A stretch of DNA of 40,768 bases from Octopus sinensis (taxonomy: Eukaryota). This document shows positions 34,663-40,768 of this stretch, in pieces. The stretch covers positions 1 to 40,768 of the forward strand of contig NW_021835949.1 in NCBI RefSeq assembly GCF_006345805.1. Reading direction: 5' to 3'. Position 1 is the first letter of the stretch. Each line of letters opens with the position of its first letter. Under the pieces are notes generated by a model that saw only the letters and a program-made list of their open reading frames with translations, did no database searches and was not told the origin of the DNA. A program made the translations under genes and the position numbers.

Positions 34663-37600
34663 CAGTAGCATATTTTTTATATCGTGCCTTCAATTCACTA
34701 CCGAGGGCAGCTCTGTGTGCCTTGGGTATGTGCTGTGATTTGTTGTGATGCTCTGACGGGTATTGTATGGAAAGTGTTCTGCGTAGGATGTGTGCAGTGC
34801 CTAGTAGATTTTGGGTGATGCATCCTAGATCCTGTCATTATTTTTCTTGTTTTCCTCAGGAGTGGCTCTGTGGTAAGTAGCTTGCTAATCAACCACATGG
34901 TTCCGGGTTCAGTCCTACTGCGTGGCACCTTGGGCAAGTGTCTTCTGCTATAGACCCGGGCCGACCAATGCCTTGTGAGTTGATTTGGTGGACGGAAACT
35001 GAAAGAAGCCTGTCGTATATATGTATATATATGTATGTGTGTGTGTTTGTGTGTCTGTGTTTGTCCCCCTAGCATTGCTTGACAACCGATGCTAGTGTGT
35101 TTGCTTCCCCGTCACTTAGCGGTTCGGCAAAAGAGACCGATAGAATAAGTACTGGGCTTACAAAGAATAAGTCCTGGGGTCGAGTTGCTCGATTAAAGGT
35201 GATGCTCCAGCATGGCCGCAGTCAAATGACTGAAACAAGTAAAAGGGTAAAAGGGTATTTTGATTAGTTCATTTAGTGTCCAGTTAAGGATATTGTAGCT
35301 GTAACTTATAACTGGGACAGCTAAAGTGTTAATACCTATTATCTTGTTCTTAGCATTGAGCTCTGGTTTTAGTATTGATCTAACTCGTCTATAATATTCT
35401 TTTTTATTTTCTCTTTCATTTGTGTGTGTTGTGTCTTATCTAGTTCATGGATTCCTAAGTATTTGTAAGTTTGGCTTTGGTCTAATTCTTTTAATTTATT
35501 GGTTTTATCTAGTGTGATGTTGCTACTCTTATTTAGTTTTCCTCTTTTCAGGGTTACTTTGGCGCATTTCTCTAATCCAAATTTCATATCTATTTCTTTG
35601 GTAAATCCATGAACTGTCTTTAGTAGTGTTTCCAGCTGTTTGTCATTTGTAGCGTAAAGTTTTAGGTCATCCATATACAAAAGACGGCTGATCTTTTTGC
35701 CGTAACATTTATATCCGCATCCAGTTCTGTTTAGCATATCCGATAGAGGTGACAGTGCCAAGCAGAAAAGGAGTGGAGAGAGCGTATCTCCCTGGAATAT
35801 TCCTCTTCTAATGGGGATGGTTTTGGTTTTCACAAGTCCCTCTTTTGTTTGGAGCTGTAGCACAGTTTGCCATTTATTCATAGTGTCCTATGTACTTTAT
35901 AATTGTTGGTGCAACTTTGTTCATGGCTAGTGTTTCGAGGATCCATGTTTGGGGGATGCTATCAAACGCCTTTTTGTAGTCGATCCAGGCCATACTGAGG
36001 CCTTTCTACCTTCTGTGGCTGTCTTCAGTTATGGCTTTATTGATCATTAGTTGATCTTACAGCCATATGAGCCTTTGCGGCATCCTTTCGCTGCTCTTCT
36101 GGAACAGGTTGTTTTCGTCCAGGTGCTTGTTCAATCTTTGCGATATTACTGCAGTAAATGCTTTGTACGTTGTAGGGAGACAGGTTATTGGTCTGTAGTT
36201 TTCTGGTTTTGCTGTCTCATTTGATTTGGGAATTAAGATGGTTTTCCCCTTCGTGAGCCATTCAGGCATTGTCTCTGGCTCTGTCAGTATGTTGTTAAGT
36301 TTTCAGCCAGCTTTTTGTGTATTCCTGTTAGATATTTCAACCAGAAGTTGGGGATATTGTCATGCCCAGGTGCCTTCCAGTTGCTTAGTCTTTACAGTGC
36401 CTGGGTGACCTCTTCAGTTGTTATGGGGGTCCAAAGTTGCTCAGATTCTGAGTTTGTTGTTTTAATACCCCTTTTTTTTTTTGGTTGTTCGTTCGCCGAA
36501 TTCTTCCACTAATTCTGCCGTTGGTGCTGCAGTGATTTCTATTTTATTTTTGCCAAGTTCTTGGTAGAACTTTTTGGGGTTGGAGTTGAACTGTTTGTTG
36601 TGTTCAAAGAAACGTTGGCGTTTCTCGTACCGGCGGATCCTTTGTGCTTTGGCAAGGATATCTTGCTTCAGCTTTTCTTTTATCTCGGGTAAATCTTTTT
36701 CTGTGGTGTTGTATTTTCGGAGTATTTTTGTTTTCTTTTTCTTGCTCAGTAGCGTTGATTGTCTACTGATTTCATTAAGAATCGACATATCTTTTCTCAT
36801 TTTTTGTATTTTGTTTTGGATGTTATTTATCCACAGGGTTTGTTTGGGTGGTGGTACTCCTGTTTGGATGGGTTTGAGTGAGTATCCAGCATCTTTTGTG
36901 GCTGCAGTGGCTGCTGCGTATACTAAGTCATTTAGCTCAGTGATATCGCTTTTTGGTTCAGTGGCTATTAGTTCCGTGACGGCTAGGTTTATGTTGTTTA
37001 TAATTGATGTTGTTGTTTTGTCTATTTTAATTTTTGGGAGGTATGGTCGGTGGTCCATTTTGAGCTCTGTGGTTTTCAGTTCTTTGATTATTCTACTTTT
37101 TATAGTTTCATAATCATTAGGCTCTCCTTTGTTGTTTCCAGGTTTTAGATTTGTGTCGCTTTCTATCTCATCCGTATGTTTGTTTGTGTTGTTTTGGCTT
37201 GCTGTTTGTCGTGTATTATTATGTATCCTTACGGTCTGGGTTTTTTTTTTTGTTGTTTACATCGTTTTGTTGGAAATGTTACGTTTGTCTTCGTGTTTTA
37301 CTGTTTCAATGTTTATATTATTTGGCATTGTTGTGTGGCTTCTATCTACATTTTCCTGATGTAATTTTTCTTTTAAATGTTCTATTTCTATTTCTGATAT
37401 TTTTTTGCGTTGAGAATATATCTCCGTATATTTGCTAGTTTATTAGGGTTCATTGTTGTATCCAGGTCTTTATTTATGTTATTTTTCTTCCATATTTTGT
37501 ATGTATGTGTTGTTGTATTTTCATTCTTTGGGTAGAGCACTGCTGTAAAGTAAGCGTGTAGGATAGAAATGTATTCCTGACTTGTCCATTTATGTCTTTT

Positions 37601-37744
37601 GGGTTTTATTTGCGGGACATGAGGAACAACGCCCGGCCCATTATTTTGACGGTCGTCATTTTCGTCGGGTACCGGTCCGTTCATTTCTGTTGTCACATTG
37701 TTTGCAAGAAGTGTAGTTTTTCGTACATTTTATGTTGTAAATTT
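34663..37744 (-). mobile_element. R4/Dong-type element (mirror of 16143-19214)
   Basis: ORF pieces 37388..37696, 36462..37058, 36057..36269 and 35369..35881; same SINE insertion and same C-terminal deletion. Confidence 0.9.
34857..35255 (+). mobile_element. SINE inside R4 (mirror of 18622-19020)
   Basis: Reverse-complement match. Confidence 0.9.
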
Positions 37745-40020
37745 ACACACCCCACACTGACCTTCCTACGCCTACCCCATCTTCACCCAACTATTCCAAC
37801 TCTCCTCCCCACACCTCTGCACCCCTTCTTCCTGACCCCACTCATCCCACTACCTTGCTTCCTGGCACTGTTGTCAATATACCCCCCAATCTCCCCCTCT
37901 CCGCTGTCGAGCGCTCTCTCCTCAGTAAGGGACTCCGCTTCATGCCTCTCACGCGCCACTGTGACGAATTTGAGACCCGGACCGAAGTCAACCAGTTCCT
38001 GCGGCACCCCAAACTTTTGCGCGTTTTCCCACGCGTCCCCACAGCGTCACGACAATCAGGATTGCTTTTTGGAGCTGGGGCGCCGCCCATCCAACTGGAC
38101 GCCGCCCCCAGGCCAATTCAGTAGCCTAGATTTGTTCGTGAACGACTGCAATGCGTTGGTCAACCAATTCAACTTTAAAAGAAGACTTCTCCGAGACAAC
38201 CTCACTCGGGCTGAATCGATTGCCCTTCGCAACCTCCGTCGCCGCAATGACATTGTCATCAAACCCGCAAACAAAGGCGGAGCAGTGGTGGTGTGGCGAG
38301 CGTACCTATACAGGGAGGAAGCGCTCAGCCATGTTCAAAATCCCCTCTTCTATCGCCTCCTCCTACCAACAGCGAGTGTCCTCCACCATCCACGACCTCA
38401 TCTCCTCTTCTGCTTTCCAACCCACCGTCACCAACCTTATCGTCCGTACACCCCGAACCTCTACCATCTATTTCCTTCCCAAAATTCATAAACGCAATAA
38501 CCCTGGCCACGCCATCGTTTCCACCTGTAATTTTCCCACCGATCGCATTTCCCTATACCTCGACCGCATCCTGTCTCTGCCCTCCCATCTCACATACATG
38601 ACACTAACCACGCCCTTCGTCTCTTCAATTCCTTTTCCTTCCCTCCCAGCCCCTCACACCTCCTCTTTACCTTAGACATCAAATCACTTTACACTGTGAT
38701 TCCCCACAACGACGGTCTCTTAGCCCTCCAATACTTCCTCGACCGTCGAAGCGACCTCTACCCCAGCACCCCACCCTTCTCCGCTTAGCAGAGCTCGTCC
38801 TCACCCTCAATTGTTTTACGTTCGCCGGGGAAATGTACGAACAGTGTCTGGGGTCGCGATGGGAATGAGAATGGTCCCCAATTTTGCCAATCTCTTTGTT
38901 GGCTACATTGAGGCCCAAGCATTCTCCCAATTCTCCGAGCCGACCGCAGAGCTATACGGTCGCTACATAGACGACTGCATAGGCGCCACATCCCTCTCCC
39001 GCGAACAACTCTGCCACTTCATCTCTTTCCTCTCTAACTTCCACCAATTCTCTCCAATTCACTTCTACCATCTCCAATACCTCTGTTAACTTCCTTGACA
39101 TCTCTCTTAGCATCGACCACCCTCCCACTCTCTCACCAACTCCGCCTTCTTCAAACCCACGGATTCCCACCTCTATCTCAACTTCTCCTCCTCCCATCCC
39201 TTCCACACCAAACAGGCCATCCCCTACTCCCAGTTCCTCCGCCTTCGACGCTTGTGCAGCCGCGACCAGGATGTTGAGACCCAGTCTCAGTACCGGGCAC
39301 GCCTGTTCAGGCATCGAGGATACCCCCCAACCCTGGTCTTGAACGCCCTTGCCCGCTATCGTCGAATCGACCGCACCACCGCCCTTTCTCACTCCTCTCA
39401 CCAACCCACTAACCGCACCCCCTTTCCCCTCCTTTTCCACCCCTCCACTCTACCCTTTCGTCGGAGGATACTACGTGCCTTCCGTCGTCTCCAGCTCGAT
39501 CCCACGACCCGCCCCATTTTCCCCAACCCACACTCGTCATCCTTCAAACGAGCCCGGAATCTACGCGATCTCCTGGTCCATAGCACCCTCTTCTCTTCCC
39601 CTCAGCCCCACATGGATCCTTCCCGTGTTCCAGCTCCCACTGCAACACCTGCCCCTTCATCACCAACACCACTGCTGTCACCGGCTCCAACCAGCGAACT
39701 GTACGCATTAGACATTCTTTTACGTGCACTTCGTCTGGTCTCATCTATTGCATAAAATGCAACCTCTGCTTTATGTAGGACAGACGGGCCGCCGACTGGC
39801 CGACCGGTTCGCCGAACATCTAAGGGATGATCGGCTGCGTACCAATTCTCCCGTCGCCCGTCACTTGTGCTCGGCCAACCATTTCCCCGGTGACATCTCT
39901 GTGTTTGGTCTCGCCCCACACAACGGACCTCCACAATCCAGGCTTCACTTGGAGCAACGTTTATTTTCACTTTTACAGACTAATATCCCGCACGGACTCA
40001 ACACAGCCCCCTCCTCTTAG
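37745..40020 (+). mobile_element. Penelope-like (Neptune-type) element (mirror of 13849-16142)
   Basis: Same RT and GIY-YIG motifs; ORF pieces 37855..38124, 38811..39089, 39252..39755 and 39724..40020. Confidence 0.92.
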
Positions 40021-40768
40021 TGACTGCGTCTCCACCACCCGCAACAAGCAACTTTATTTCTTATTTCTTCCTTTTTTTTTATTTTTTTCTTATTTTCTTT
40101 TCTTTGTCTTTTTTCATTTTCTTTCCTCACGTGCTATTACGTCTTTTATTTTATTATTTTATTGTTTTATAATTTTTTTGTTTTTTTAGTGTTTAAATTT
40201 TTTATTATCTTATTATTTTTATAAATTATTGTTCTTATACACAAACACATACTCACGTATCCACGAACACACACACATCTCCAACACACCACACACATAC
40301 AACATACATGCACATATACGCACACATACTTCCACACACATACACACACGCATACATACACAAATACACACACCCACACACACCCACGCGCACACACACA
40401 TATGCCCGTGCACACACACATATGCCCGTGCACACACACATATGCCCGTGCACACACACACGTACACAAACGTACACACACGCAAAGAATGCACAGAAAC
40501 CTATCCCATCCAACCCCATGCACACACAGACACGCATACCTTTAGACACACACACATAGCCATATACACGCACATACTCAGCACACGCGCGTAGTACACA
40601 CAATCAAATGAACACAACCTGACACACATCTCCACGGTCACACAACGCACATACACATACACGCACGTACATACGCACACAATAAACGCAACACACACAT
40701 ACACACGTACATACACACACACCAGCACAGATGCCTACATATACCTCCAACAAACAATACTCATACAG

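Larger units (their letters stand above)
30931..40768 (-). repeat. Right arm of the giant inverted duplication (continues beyond the window)
   Basis: Reverse complement of 13092-23668 with scattered substitutions, indels and microsatellite length changes. Confidence 0.95.

Noticed and set aside
13092-40768. A-to-G bias between arms as a sign of an edited RNA intermediate
   Set aside because: Differences inspected by eye in the R4 region are mixed (C/T, A/T, G/C, A/G, indels) with no evident bias.
13092-40768. Inverted arms as TIRs of a single giant DNA transposon
   Set aside because: The arms consist of nested decayed retroelements, the spacer has no transposase, and the outer ends and TSD are not visible.

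Overview
AT-rich, microsatellite-laden eukaryotic DNA. The tRNA-derived SINE families and repeat landscape suggest a cephalopod, probably Octopus (inference). The only intact host-type gene is a 275-aa caspase-3/7-like ORF with no coding introns (2128-2955, +); its upstream block has a diverged paralogue at ~9.75-9.93 kb. The rest is mobile DNA: a full-length dead mariner, Tc1 and Tc2/pogo-like remnants, an RTE fragment, many SINEs, two Neptune-like Penelope elements with a candidate hammerhead ribozyme, three R4/Dong-type pieces and a Tx1/L1-clade element. The dominant structure is a giant inverted duplication. Positions <=13092-23668 are mirrored by ~30931-40768+ (about 97-98% identical by eye), and the right arm runs off the window. 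The ~7.2 kb spacer holds an R4 3' piece and the Tx1 body. Each arm also contains an older nested inverted repeat. Most ORFs in the supplied track are microsatellite or antisense artefacts. Coordinates of decayed elements are approximate. A false duplication in the assembly cannot be excluded.
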